This document shows, piece by piece, positions 8,508 to 17,154 of a DNA stretch of 64,000 nucleotides. The first letter of the stretch is position 1, and each line of letters begins with the position of its first letter. The notes under the pieces are model-generated. The model ran no database searches, was not told the DNA's origin, and was given only the letters and a program-made list of their open reading frames with translations. The DNA lies in the sequence record NC_070981.1, one strand, 5' to 3'. The translations under genes and the position numbers were made by a program. The stretch is from Escherichia phage EK010.

Positions 8508-8580
8508 TATAGCCCTTGTGTTTATCAGAGGGCTATGTGAGGGTGTTCCTCAATTAACTATAATCTCAACGCCATATGGC
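8508..8580 (+). repeat. conserved intergenic hairpin element, copy 1 (TATAGCCCTTGTG..TATCAGAGGGCTATGTGAG ... CTCAA.TAAC)
   Basis: About 32/34 identical to copy at 13395; 8-bp inverted repeat ATAGCCCT/AGGGCTAT. Confidence 0.6.
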
Positions 8581-8728
8581 TCACCGCTAGGGCGAGACTT
8601 GTCTCAAACATCCGGTGATAGACTAAAACCTGTTAATTTTCGAACAGCTTTCCGATATGTAGGGGTATGTATCGGTTTGGGATAGAGAACAATCTAGGGG
8701 TAGAGAGTTCTCGACAGTTAGTACAAGC

Positions 8729-8762
8729 GGAAGCCTTAACGTGTAGGGCTTCCCTTTATATT
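8729..8762 (+). terminator. intrinsic terminator
   Basis: GGAAGCC/GGCTTCC stem followed by CTTTATATT. Confidence 0.45.
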
Positions 8763-8801
8763 AACTGGCAATCCTGCCTTCACCAACAAAGAGAGAACGA
8801 T

Positions 8802-8942
8802 ATGAAGAAGACAACCAAACGTATGAACCGTCCTGAGCGTATGGAAGCAGTGGCAAATGGTGCTCTGAAGATTGAGTCTGCCATGCTTCGTCTGACAACT
8901 AACATCCGTAAGCGTCAAGGTGATTGGTTCTACGGTGGATAA
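8802..8942 (+). CDS. hypothetical small protein (46 aa)
   Basis: ATG with AAGAGAGAA SD after terminator; track ORF 8667-8942 would span the terminator. Confidence 0.4.
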   Translation: MKKTTKRMNRPERMEAVANGALKIESAMLRLTTNIRKRQGDWFYGG

Positions 8943-9025
8943 TTAATAATGGGCTGCCCTTAGGGGTGGCCTTTGTTGTTTTAATTAAGGGACAACTCTT
9001 ACTTAAACTAACAAGAGAGGTTGTT

Positions 9026-9235
9026 ATGAACATTCGTTTAGTTCGTGAGCAAGATGGCAGACAGGTTGTGCTAGGTGAGATTATCCGTGCTGCACACAAC
9101 CTACTCCCTGAAAAAGATGAAACTGTCTGGGTTGATGGAGAGTATCGCCGAGTGTTGTCGGTTGTTAAGTCCTTTGAACCAAAGCGTAACAATGAAAAAG
9201 CTCTTACCTGCTGGTTTGAGGTTAATATTACATAA
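9026..9235 (+). CDS. hypothetical small protein
   Basis: Internal ATG of track ORF 8924-9235 with AGAGAGG SD. Confidence 0.45.
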   Translation: MNIRLVREQDGRQVVLGEIIRAAHNLLPEKDETVWVDGEYRRVLSVVKSFEPKRNNEKALTCWFEVNIT

Positions 9236-9244
9236 GGGGTTGAT

Positions 9245-9496
9245 ATGTTCAATCGTTTATTTGACCGTAAAGGTCGCACTGACATACTGATACCTTCTAT
9301 CGGTGTGCCAGCTAAGTTCGGTGAGATACGTGCTGGTGATTTCTTCATGGAATCAGGTCGTCTTCATCTGAAGATCAACCTTGAACACGCTGTTGAAATC
9401 CTTAGTGATGATAAGCCAATCATCGGCACTTCGGTGTACAGTGCAAACCATACTGTATTTGTTGTCAATGTTCAGATTGAGATTAAATCACCATGA
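9245..9496 (+). CDS. small protein, paralog family A
   Basis: Track ORF; FGEIRAGDFF ... LHLKI motifs. Confidence 0.5.
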   Translation: MFNRLFDRKGRTDILIPSIGVPAKFGEIRAGDFFMESGRLHLKINLEHAVEILSDDKPIIGTSVYSANHTVFVVNVQIEIKSP

Positions 9497-9750
9497 AGAC
9501 AAACTTCCGAGCAGCAGTTATTACTAAAGTAATAGCAGTTGGTGATGTAATGATGCAAGTTCCTCTGAACACTCGTTACATTGCCATTGACCGAATGGGT
9601 TATGTGTGGGCTTGGAAGTGGAAGCCTACTTACAATGAACTGTTCGACGAATACCAGTGCGCTGGGCCTTACATGCCAACGTTGGTTGGTGTGTATGAAG
9701 ACGGTCCTTGTCGTACTCCTCAGTTAATTGAACTACCGGCGTGTGCTTAG
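9493..9750 (+). CDS. hypothetical protein (85 aa)
   Basis: Track ORF. Confidence 0.5.
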   Translation: MKTNFRAAVITKVIAVGDVMMQVPLNTRYIAIDRMGYVWAWKWKPTYNELFDEYQCAGPYMPTLVGVYEDGPCRTPQLIELPACA

Positions 9751-9751
9751 T

Positions 9752-9916
9752 ATGATTAAATGGTTCAAGCGTCTTGTGCACCTGCATGATTGGGTAATCC
9801 TTGAAAAATATACGCTGAAGATTACTGACGATCACGGTGGGACAAAGCACAAAGGTCTTCGCTATATTATGCAGTGTAAAGTGTGTGGTCATGTTACCAA
9901 GCGTGACATGATCTAA
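9752..9916 (+). CDS. small CxxC protein, tandem paralog 1 (MIKWFKRL...)
   Basis: Internal ATG of track ORF 9728-9916; near-identical N-terminus to next gene. Confidence 0.5.
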   Translation: MIKWFKRLVHLHDWVILEKYTLKITDDHGGTKHKGLRYIMQCKVCGHVTKRDMI

Positions 9917-9925
9917 GGGATCATT

Positions 9926-10090
9926 ATGATTAAATGGTTCAAGCGTCTCTTTCATTTCCATGAGTGGGAAGATCTTTCTACTTATGAATTGACGATCACA
10001 AATAAACTTACTGACAGAGAGCGACAAGGGTTGCGTATCTACTCTCGCTGTAAAGTGTGTGGTCTGCACAAGAAAACAGATCTGATCTAA
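9926..10090 (+). CDS. small CxxC protein, tandem paralog 2 (MIKWFKRLFHFHEW...CKVCG)
   Basis: Hand-translated 54-aa ORF below track cut-off; paralogous to flanking genes. Confidence 0.5.
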   Translation: MIKWFKRLFHFHEWEDLSTYELTITNKLTDRERQGLRIYSRCKVCGLHKKTDLI

Positions 10091-10098
10091 GGGGTGTT

Positions 10099-10308
10099 AT
10101 GTTCTTTCGTAAGAAAAAGCCCGAAGATTCTGAGTGTAAGCATGAGTGGGTGATCACTGAAAACCTACATATCACTCACGCTAAAGACACTCCAGTCGAG
10201 AGAAAAGAGTCTCGTGTATCTCGTATCTGTAAGCGCTGTTTGAAAATAGAACAGCATAAAGTTCCCGGTCATATTGGTCATGATGTGGCCTTGCGTATTT
10301 TCAGTTAA
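10099..10308 (+). CDS. small CxxC protein, tandem paralog 3
   Basis: Internal ATG of track ORF 10057-10308; shares HEW ... CKRC pattern. Confidence 0.5.
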   Translation: MFFRKKKPEDSECKHEWVITENLHITHAKDTPVERKESRVSRICKRCLKIEQHKVPGHIGHDVALRIFS

Positions 10309-10317
10309 ATAAATATA

Positions 10318-10395
10318 GCACCCTTAGCTCAATTGGATTAGAGTAGCGACCTTCTAAGTCGTCGGTTACAGGTTCGAATCCTGTAGGGTGCACCA
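10318..10395 (+). tRNA. tRNA-Arg (anticodon UCU)
   Basis: Hand-folded cloverleaf: 7-bp acceptor stem GCACCCT/AGGGTGC, anticodon loop CUUCUAA, T-arm ACAGG-TTCGAAT-CCTGT, encoded CCA. Confidence 0.85.
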
Positions 10396-10413
10396 ATTAA
10401 CGTAGGAGGGCAT

Positions 10414-10740
10414 ATGAGCTGGGGTGGTGTAATTACCTTAACCTGTATCTTTATCGCCTGTGTAGCTCTTACAGGCTGCGTACAGCATCGTCCTGATGGA
10501 TGGTGTGCATTATCGGTAGAAGGTGTCTGTGTTTCCCGTTGGCATAGCGGGGAGAAGATTCCTAGTGGTGAAATTGATATGCGTTATGCTGGTGCTTCTT
10601 GTTCTAATGGCGGTGCTGTTGACGAGAAGGCTTATGCAGAGCGTAACATGGAAACCCAAGGTGATTGGTCACGTTATGACTTCATCTCCCGTGGTGTACA
10701 GTGTAGTGGCTCTGTGACAACAACAGGTAAGGAGTGGTGA
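10414..10740 (+). CDS. Cys-rich lipoprotein (lipobox LTGC)
   Basis: Signal peptide VITLTCIFIACVALTGC; track ORF. Confidence 0.6.
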   Translation: MSWGGVITLTCIFIACVALTGCVQHRPDGWCALSVEGVCVSRWHSGEKIPSGEIDMRYAGASCSNGGAVDEKAYAERNMETQGDWSRYDFISRGVQCSGSVTTTGKEW

Positions 10741-10741
10741 T

Positions 10742-10996
10742 ATGTCTGGTCATTATTCTGATACGAAAGCTTTACTGGAAACAGCGGCTCAGACTTCATG
10801 CCAACAGCAAGTAAAAATGTTGTTGGTTGATATTCGTAATCTGCGTTGGCTTATCAAAGAAGGTCATATCGGAAACGCTGCCTATTACAACGTTAAAGAT
10901 ATCCTTCGCCGCCAGCACTTTCTTATCCACGGAAACGTGGTCACTCGCAACTATCAATGGAACGGTCAATGGTTACAGCAGCGTATGTCCTCCTGA
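10742..10996 (+). CDS. hypothetical protein (84 aa)
   Basis: Track ORF. Confidence 0.5.
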   Translation: MSGHYSDTKALLETAAQTSCQQQVKMLLVDIRNLRWLIKEGHIGNAAYYNVKDILRRQHFLIHGNVVTRNYQWNGQWLQQRMSS

Positions 10997-11223
10997 TTTA
11001 TGTTATTGGTTGGTGGTTGGCAGCCATTGTAGTTAAATGGTGCTTCAAAACCAATACACTCTACAACTTCTTCCATTCCTCATGGAGTGGTAAGCCTGAT
11101 GAATACTCTATTTGGACGGTGATATTCTTCTGGCCTTTTATGCTGATCTTTATCCTCTTCTTACCTTTACTTATGTTGATAGGTTGGGTAATGGATAAGG
11201 TGACAATCTTTGTTACTAAGTAA
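10957..11223 (+). CDS. membrane protein (2 predicted TM helices)
   Basis: Track ORF; hydrophobic segments; start uncertain. Confidence 0.45.
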   Translation: MERSMVTAAYVLLIYVIGWWLAAIVVKWCFKTNTLYNFFHSSWSGKPDEYSIWTVIFFWPFMLIFILFLPLLMLIGWVMDKVTIFVTK

Positions 11224-11414
11224 TATCGTGAAGGATTCTTACGAGAGTCCTTTGAGATAGGACTTCAGATCTCCTATCAACTAACCGCTCAATGTTGAGC
11301 ATTTTATTCACATAAGCCCCTCATGGGCTGGGTTTAATGCCGGTAAGCGTTTTACGCTATCCACTACAGCATCGGATTGTTAGGTCTTACATGCAACATT
11401 AATTAATAGGATAT

Positions 11415-11444
11415 GGGAGGATTCGTCCCCTCCCCCTATTTATG
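11415..11444 (+). terminator. possible terminator hairpin
   Basis: GGGAGG/CCTCCC stem, weak T-tract. Confidence 0.3.
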
Positions 11445-11499
11445 AAAGCATTCTTCCGAGAGTTCTCTCATAAATTGGTCCATAACTAAAGGTGGTAAA

Positions 11500-11754
11500 A
11501 TGAAAGTTAACAAACCAGCCAGTAAGAACGCAATACCCCTCAGTGCTTTGCGACTTGGGGATTGCTTCATGTACCCTAACAGTGAAGATGGTGATTTGTA
11601 CATCTTACTGTCTACCGAGTTCTCAACTCGACTCTGCATCAAGGGCGCGGACGAGCATAGACTTGTAGCCTGTCTTAACACAGGCCGAGCGACAGCTCCT
11701 CGTAAAGATGTTGCTGTTATTCCTATTAAAGCTGAAGCAACTATTAAGGAGTAA
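11500..11754 (+). CDS. small protein, paralog family A
   Basis: Track ORF; AAAGGTGG SD; LSALRLGDCF motif. Confidence 0.55.
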   Translation: MKVNKPASKNAIPLSALRLGDCFMYPNSEDGDLYILLSTEFSTRLCIKGADEHRLVACLNTGRATAPRKDVAVIPIKAEATIKE

Positions 11755-11757
11755 GCA

Positions 11758-12021
11758 ATGGCTCTGACCATTAACAAAACTCGTATTGCGGATATTCCTC
11801 TAATGGTGGCAGGTGTTTCTATCGGTTCTTTCTTTACTTTGAAAGAAGATAAAGAACAAACCATTTACATGAAAGTGAACAAAAGCTCTAATGGTTGTGA
11901 ATACCACCGAGCTGTGTCTATGCAGAGTGGATACGTTCGTAATATGGCATCCAATATGCCAGTTGGTATTGTGTTTGAATCAGCAACTCTGGATTTAGTG
12001 GAGAAGATCAGTGAAACATAA
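11758..12021 (+). CDS. small protein, weak paralog family A member
   Basis: Track ORF. Confidence 0.5.
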   Translation: MALTINKTRIADIPLMVAGVSIGSFFTLKEDKEQTIYMKVNKSSNGCEYHRAVSMQSGYVRNMASNMPVGIVFESATLDLVEKISET

Positions 12022-12268
12022 AGACCATCCAAAGTATGTATCGCTATTGGATGCAGCCCTTCTCTGCACGTACTGGCTCCTTATTATTATTGGGGTTGTG
12101 CTAATGATATGTGGTGTCGTACAGTTCTTTATGTATCTACAAAGCGTGTTAGATATCACATTAGCTAACACTATAATCCTTGCAATTCTCGGTGTTATTG
12201 CTTTCTGTGTGATTGTCTTCTTCGTTTGGTTATCTATGAACGACGACTCTACACACACCTTCTATTGA
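12011..12268 (+). CDS. membrane protein (2 TM helices)
   Basis: Track ORF; strongly hydrophobic. Confidence 0.5.
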   Translation: MKHKDHPKYVSLLDAALLCTYWLLIIIGVVLMICGVVQFFMYLQSVLDITLANTIILAILGVIAFCVIVFFVWLSMNDDSTHTFY

Positions 12269-12281
12269 CAGGAGAAAATCA

Positions 12282-12398
12282 ATGAGAAAACGTGCCTACT
12301 CTGAAGAAGAAATGGTTAACTTGAAAGGCTTCGGTCAACGACAGCCTGACGGCTCAGTTATCTGGTACATTAACGGACAGAAAAAGGCAAGTAAATAA
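12282..12398 (+). CDS. possible small protein (38 aa)
   Basis: ATG with GGAGAAAA SD; below track cut-off. Confidence 0.3.
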   Translation: MRKRAYSEEEMVNLKGFGQRQPDGSVIWYINGQKKASK

Positions 12399-12467
12399 GC
12401 CCTCTTCTCTCCTCCTTTTAACTACTATGACGCCTCTCTTTTCGGCGCTGTTTTGGAGCTTCAAAAA

Positions 12468-12881
12468 ATGGCTGGGAAATTCCCCAACGTAAGCAAGAAA
12501 TTGGCTTACCTCACGTATAAAGAAAACATTGATCTTCTGGTCAAGCTATATCCGGCTTCATTCAACAAGCAATTCCCTCTTCCTTTGGAGCTTAATGTCC
12601 ACAAGGAAATCGCCCGCAAGACTGGTTGGTCAGCGGAGAAAACAAGCATGGTGCTCAACATCTGGACTACTCGTATGGAGTATGTGATGATGGCCTGTAG
12701 CACTGGTAAACGCTTCAAGCTGCACTCTGTAGCTATGAAGATTCATAGCCCTATTGACCCTGAGCCGATGGCTGGCTTTATTAGCCGTCTGAAATCTTTC
12801 CGTGATCGTGGTCGTGTAGTGAAATTCAAGCATGACTTCTCTTACAAGTTTGGATACGAAGCGTTCCAATTTGTTGTTTAA
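12468..12881 (+). CDS. hypothetical protein
   Basis: ATG inside track ORF 12453-12881. Confidence 0.55.
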   Translation: MAGKFPNVSKKLAYLTYKENIDLLVKLYPASFNKQFPLPLELNVHKEIARKTGWSAEKTSMVLNIWTTRMEYVMMACSTGKRFKLHSVAMKIHSPIDPEPMAGFISRLKSFRDRGRVVKFKHDFSYKFGYEAFQFVV

Positions 12882-12908
12882 TCTCTCTTTAATGTAAGGT
12901 AATAAAAC

Positions 12909-13142
12909 ATGTCTAAAGTTAGCGCAATTGATGCCATCCGTCAGCCGTTCCAGTTCCAGTCTAAATCAACTCAGACCCACAGCGAACCGCGTCAGATTCG
13001 TCTGGGCGGTACAGAGAAGTCTGTGTTTGATATTGCGAAAAACAAAAGCGTAACCATCGTCGAAGGCGGCGAGCTGGTTAATGTTTCCCATCGTATCCGC
13101 ACTGGCAAAACTGCCAAAGATCGTGCTAAGAAAGGTCTGTAA
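12909..13142 (+). CDS. hypothetical protein (77 aa)
   Basis: Track ORF. Confidence 0.5.
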   Translation: MSKVSAIDAIRQPFQFQSKSTQTHSEPRQIRLGGTEKSVFDIAKNKSVTIVEGGELVNVSHRIRTGKTAKDRAKKGL

Positions 13143-13390
13143 TGCAAATTGCTGATAAAATTCCTAAACAAACTTCCAAAATAAAGGATCTTTATTCAGG
13201 GAGTGTGTTCCGCTCTGTTAAATATCCAGAAGAGTTCTTTATCAGAGTTCCTTCCATACAGGCTGGAGGCCACTCTAAACCAGTAACAGCTGCAAATTTA
13301 AGTACAGGACATCTATACCGACTGGATGAAGATCTGGAAGTATACCCTGTCCCAGCAGCAATCCTCCGCTTCGATGGAGCCACAGAGTAA
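13142..13390 (+). CDS. small protein, paralog family A
   Basis: Track ORF; LDEDLEVYPVP motif shared with 7960-8190. Confidence 0.55.
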   Translation: MQIADKIPKQTSKIKDLYSGSVFRSVKYPEEFFIRVPSIQAGGHSKPVTAANLSTGHLYRLDEDLEVYPVPAAILRFDGATE

Positions 13391-13394
13391 CATC

Positions 13395-13465
13395 TATAGC
13401 CCTTGTGAGTATCAGAGGGCTATGTGAGCTATTCTGGCTCAACTAACCTAAACTTAATTTAATCT
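13395..13465 (+). repeat. conserved intergenic hairpin element, copy 2
   Basis: Same sequence module as 8508-8580, again directly after a stop codon. Confidence 0.6.
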
Positions 13466-13586
13466 TACCCGTATGGGGCCGATGCTAGGGAGAGGGATAA
13501 TCCTCGAACATCCGTCGGATAGAATATTTTAAGAGCAGGTTATCCACAGATATTGGGTGATATCTATTTAATTGGCCTTAAAGCTT

Positions 13587-13611
13587 GGCTCTCTTAGGAG
13601 AGTCCTTTTTT
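13587..13611 (+). terminator. intrinsic terminator
   Basis: GGCTCTC/GAGAGTCC stem with one bulge, TTTTTT. Confidence 0.55.
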
Positions 13612-13631
13612 AAGTTCAAAGAAGAGGTTGT

Positions 13632-13799
13632 ATGGATAATAAGTTGAAAGCTAAATTCTTATTGGCAGCAATCTTTATTTGCTTAGCCACTGTGGGGTTT
13701 GCCCGTGTGACTTCCTTTGTATCTTGTGAGTTAAGCAAGAATAACAGAGGGTCTTATGACTGGCTAACCAATCAATGTGACAAACAGGAGAAGTTATGA
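13632..13799 (+). CDS. small exported protein (55 aa, signal peptide)
   Basis: ATG with GAAGAGG SD; stop overlaps next ATG; below track cut-off. Confidence 0.4.
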   Translation: MDNKLKAKFLLAAIFICLATVGFARVTSFVSCELSKNNRGSYDWLTNQCDKQEKL

Positions 13800-14158
13800 A
13801 CCTACGCCCCATTAAAGGCCATGTAAACCTGTCTACGCTTCATAAAGTAGCAAATGATTTAGGTGGTATGGATGAAGAAGATCTGAAGCAGAATTTGCTC
13901 TGGATTGCTAATGGCATCAAGGCGGCAAAGGCCAAAATGGCTCGTGCACAAGGTAAACTAAAAGCGAATAAATATCTTATTCGCCGTCGTAATACCTTAC
14001 CTCAGGATGTGGTAAGTTTAGCTTTATCAGGATATAAAGCAGCAGAGGTAGAGCTTCAGGAAGCAGAGTTTGAAAAGATGCGCTTCCAAGAGAACTATCG
14101 AAACTTCCGTAGTATTGACTACATTCGCAAGTCTCTGAGCCTTTTGGTAGCAGAGTAA
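13796..14158 (+). CDS. hypothetical protein (120 aa)
   Basis: Track ORF. Confidence 0.55.
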   Translation: MNLRPIKGHVNLSTLHKVANDLGGMDEEDLKQNLLWIANGIKAAKAKMARAQGKLKANKYLIRRRNTLPQDVVSLALSGYKAAEVELQEAEFEKMRFQENYRNFRSIDYIRKSLSLLVAE

Positions 14159-14169
14159 AGAGGTAAAAG

Positions 14170-15387
14170 ATGTTCCCTGTAACACTTCAAAGCTGGAAAG
14201 AATCAGAAGACGTTGTAACTGTTTGGCCTCCTTGTTATGGTTTCCTGAAAGCAGGTTACTATCAGGGTGGTGATTATGATGAAGATGAAGATGGCTATCC
14301 TGACTACTACAACGCATATGACAGCAACTACGGCTGGAATATCCGCATTAAGGTGTGGAGTGAGGGTATGATGGTTCGTCAAGGCACTGCTGAAGAGAAC
14401 GTTCTTGAAAACATGATGCCCATGTCTGAAATCAAGTACATCTGGAACTCTGGTACACACCTTCCCGCTTATGGTGTAAAACGTTATGGTGATAAAGAGC
14501 CTATTACCACCCAGTATTTCCGCGAAGGGTTGGAGAATGGAGACCCTCGTCCTCCTTCTCACGTAGAAACATGGGCAGAAGAAAACAATCGCCCGGATGT
14601 TACTGATCGTGCTGTAATGGAAGCCTTTGAAGCATTCATGGATAAAGATCTTGACTCGTGTCTGGTATGGCATGAAGTAGGGTTCATGGGTGTTTGTACT
14701 GATGGTTGCCCTGCTGATCGCGCTCTGTTCTATCTAATGCTGAATCGTACATTCTATACAGATGATGAAAAATCTGCTGTGTATGAAATGTTGAACAAGA
14801 TGTATAAGAAAGGTTGGTCTCCTTTAGCCTCTCTTGCATTCAGCCGACTGATCAACCCTTCAGTGGATGTGTTCGGTAACGAACGTGTTGCTTTAACAGG
14901 GAATGATTACGATTCGTGTATCTTCCAAGCATCTCTGTATACAGTAGGTGTTGGTAGTACGATGATTGAGCCTCGCCAGACCAAATGGCGACAGTGTGAA
15001 TACACTGAAGGTGAGGGACACCTACGTGATGAAGACTTCTCCAGTCTGATCTACCGTAGTGAAGGTGTGCGTGATTGTCGAGTGAATAACTCGATGTTCT
15101 TACCAATCCTTCTTCCTCAGTATTGTAATCTACCAGAGGGTGAGCGTCCGGTCATCACAGAGAAGTCACTCTTGGTTGAATTTATCCGAGAAGTGGCTGA
15201 ATCTGAAACATCTTTTGCTAAAATTGTATTCGGTTATAACTGGAACAATGAAACAGCTTCAGCTCGAAGCTATAATATGTATAACATTATTAGTAACATG
15301 TCCAATGGACTAACCGATAGTGTTTATGCAGTACGTCCCTCAGAAGAGTGGGAAAACATTTTGGAAAAATTATTCTTCAATAAATAG
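14170..15387 (+). CDS. hypothetical protein (405 aa), first gene of ligase cluster
   Basis: Track ORF. Confidence 0.65.
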   Translation: MFPVTLQSWKESEDVVTVWPPCYGFLKAGYYQGGDYDEDEDGYPDYYNAYDSNYGWNIRIKVWSEGMMVRQGTAEENVLENMMPMSEIKYIWNSGTHLPAYGVKRYGDKEPITTQYFREGLENGDPRPPSHVETWAEENNRPDVTDRAVMEAFEAFMDKDLDSCLVWHEVGFMGVCTDGCPADRALFYLMLNRTFYTDDEKSAVYEMLNKMYKKGWSPLASLAFSRLINPSVDVFGNERVALTGNDYDSCIFQASLYTVGVGSTMIEPRQTKWRQCEYTEGEGHLRDEDFSSLIYRSEGVRDCRVNNSMFLPILLPQYCNLPEGERPVITEKSLLVEFIREVAESETSFAKIVFGYNWNNETASARSYNMYNIISNMSNGLTDSVYAVRPSEEWENILEKLFFNK

Positions 15388-15395
15388 AGGCGAAT

Positions 15396-16346
15396 ATGTC
15401 AATCTCCGCATCGATTGCTCCGGTAACACCAGCAGAGAACTTCGGTGAGTCAGTGTTCAAAGGAAGAGCTTGCTTTGGTACTTTTAACTGTATGCACATG
15501 TACTCTGTTACAGACATTAATGGTGAAAGTCTTAACCAAACAAGCCTTCGTGACAGAACTTCAGAAATTGAAGTTATTAACTTCTGGCCTCACAATTTTT
15601 ATGGCGTACCAGCTAAAGATATCGAAAATGCTTTAGTTGAAGCAACAGACATTTTTAATTCAATGTCTTGCTATAAAGATATGTTCTCTGTCACTTCGGT
15701 GAATTCAATTGCCGTGAACCTTCGAAACCATCCAGCAGACAAGGTGTTTACTGGACTAATGACCATCCGTAGCTATTTGGATGGTGATTTTAATGGAATG
15801 GAGTTCCTTCAGGAAGGCGTACAAGACAAGGAAGAGTTGCTTAAGCGACAACGAATCGGTTTAGCTCTACGCCTAGCTGGTTTAAGTCGTAACTTCTTTG
15901 GTCGCTGGTGTTATAGTAATGACGTAGACTCAACTGATGAGTCAGCAGCGACTTATTTTGATGGTGACATGAGTGCAATTGCATTTCTGCCACTAATTTG
16001 CACCACTGATGAATTTTCTGAAAACGTATGGGTTCAGAATGTGTTCGGTGTTGATGATAACCTAGATGGTTATGTACGAAACCATAATGATGGAGTTCTC
16101 CGTCGTATGGCACGTCGTCGTGACCAAGACCCTGACCATTACGAGAGTATGAGTGAATGGTTACGTCTCTGGTCAACTTGTGCAGGTCACAAGAGAGAAG
16201 TATTAGATCAGCGTATGGATAGAATTACTGTTCGTAGTTTTATTGAACGTCTGATGCAAGCAGTACCTTCCTCAATGACACCAGAAGAAGCTGGTGCCCG
16301 TGTTGTTTCCCTTTTTGATGAACTCGTGGAGTATTACAATGACTAA
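15396..16346 (+). CDS. hypothetical protein (316 aa)
   Basis: Track ORF. Confidence 0.65.
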   Translation: MSISASIAPVTPAENFGESVFKGRACFGTFNCMHMYSVTDINGESLNQTSLRDRTSEIEVINFWPHNFYGVPAKDIENALVEATDIFNSMSCYKDMFSVTSVNSIAVNLRNHPADKVFTGLMTIRSYLDGDFNGMEFLQEGVQDKEELLKRQRIGLALRLAGLSRNFFGRWCYSNDVDSTDESAATYFDGDMSAIAFLPLICTTDEFSENVWVQNVFGVDDNLDGYVRNHNDGVLRRMARRRDQDPDHYESMSEWLRLWSTCAGHKREVLDQRMDRITVRSFIERLMQAVPSSMTPEEAGARVVSLFDELVEYYND

Positions 16347-17145
16347 GCGCGCTTTCCTTATTGGCTCTGACCCTGAAATGTTTGTTCGTACTGCTTCCGG
16401 TATTATCACCTCTGTGGCTGGTAAGCTGGGCTGTTCTAAAGATAATAAAATTGATCTGGCTCCTGATGTTCGTCTTCAAGAAGACAACGTTCTGGCTGAG
16501 TTTGATATTAACCCACAGAAAGGGTTTGAAGCGTTTGATGATAATATTCAGCGTGGTATTGATCTGACTAACAAAGTTCTCAATGAACGTGGCATGGAGG
16601 CAGCACTTGGGATTAGCTCTCATGTGTTCACTTCAGAAGAACTTGAATCATTCCACCCGTCAGCTTTTGTATTTGGCTGTACTCCTGATTTCAATGCCTT
16701 CACTGGACAAAAGAACCCTTCACCAGTCGCAACCGATAAGGGTTTGCGTACTGCTGGGGGTCATGTGCACCTTGGTGTCTCCGGGACTTTAGAGATTACT
16801 CGACAAACTCAAATGATGTTGGGTGTGTTGTGTGATTACTTCCTGTCCTTGCCAGCTGTGATCATGGATAAAGACACTCGTCGTAAAGAGTTGTACGGAA
16901 AGGCTTCTGCCATTCGCTACAAAGATTACGGTATTGAATATCGTTCTCTTTCTAACTTCTGGATTGGTGATAAGTCCACTCGCAAGTTTGTTTATGAGCA
17001 AGTGGATAAGGTTGTTCAGGGTTGTGATATGGAAGTGTTGATGTCACTTCACTCTCGCCTTCCAATTGAAAAGCTTCATAACATCATCAACAGCAACGAT
17101 GTTAAAGAAGCGGATAAATTCTCCTCTAAACTCCAGATTGTATAA
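16339..17145 (+). CDS. amidoligase-like protein (GSDPE ... GGHVHLG motifs)
   Basis: Internal ATG of track ORF 16294-17145; HxH motif and pattern similar to 17778 gene. Confidence 0.45.
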   Translation: MTKRAFLIGSDPEMFVRTASGIITSVAGKLGCSKDNKIDLAPDVRLQEDNVLAEFDINPQKGFEAFDDNIQRGIDLTNKVLNERGMEAALGISSHVFTSEELESFHPSAFVFGCTPDFNAFTGQKNPSPVATDKGLRTAGGHVHLGVSGTLEITRQTQMMLGVLCDYFLSLPAVIMDKDTRRKELYGKASAIRYKDYGIEYRSLSNFWIGDKSTRKFVYEQVDKVVQGCDMEVLMSLHSRLPIEKLHNIINSNDVKEADKFSSKLQIV

Positions 17146-17154
17146 GGTGATATT

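Noticed and set aside
8899-12258. Minus-strand ORFs 8899-9348, 9626-10069, 11436-11864, 11995-12258 overlapping plus-strand small genes
   Set aside because: They are antisense to a continuous, tightly coupled tiling of plus-strand genes that have SD sequences and paralog relationships; no independent support.
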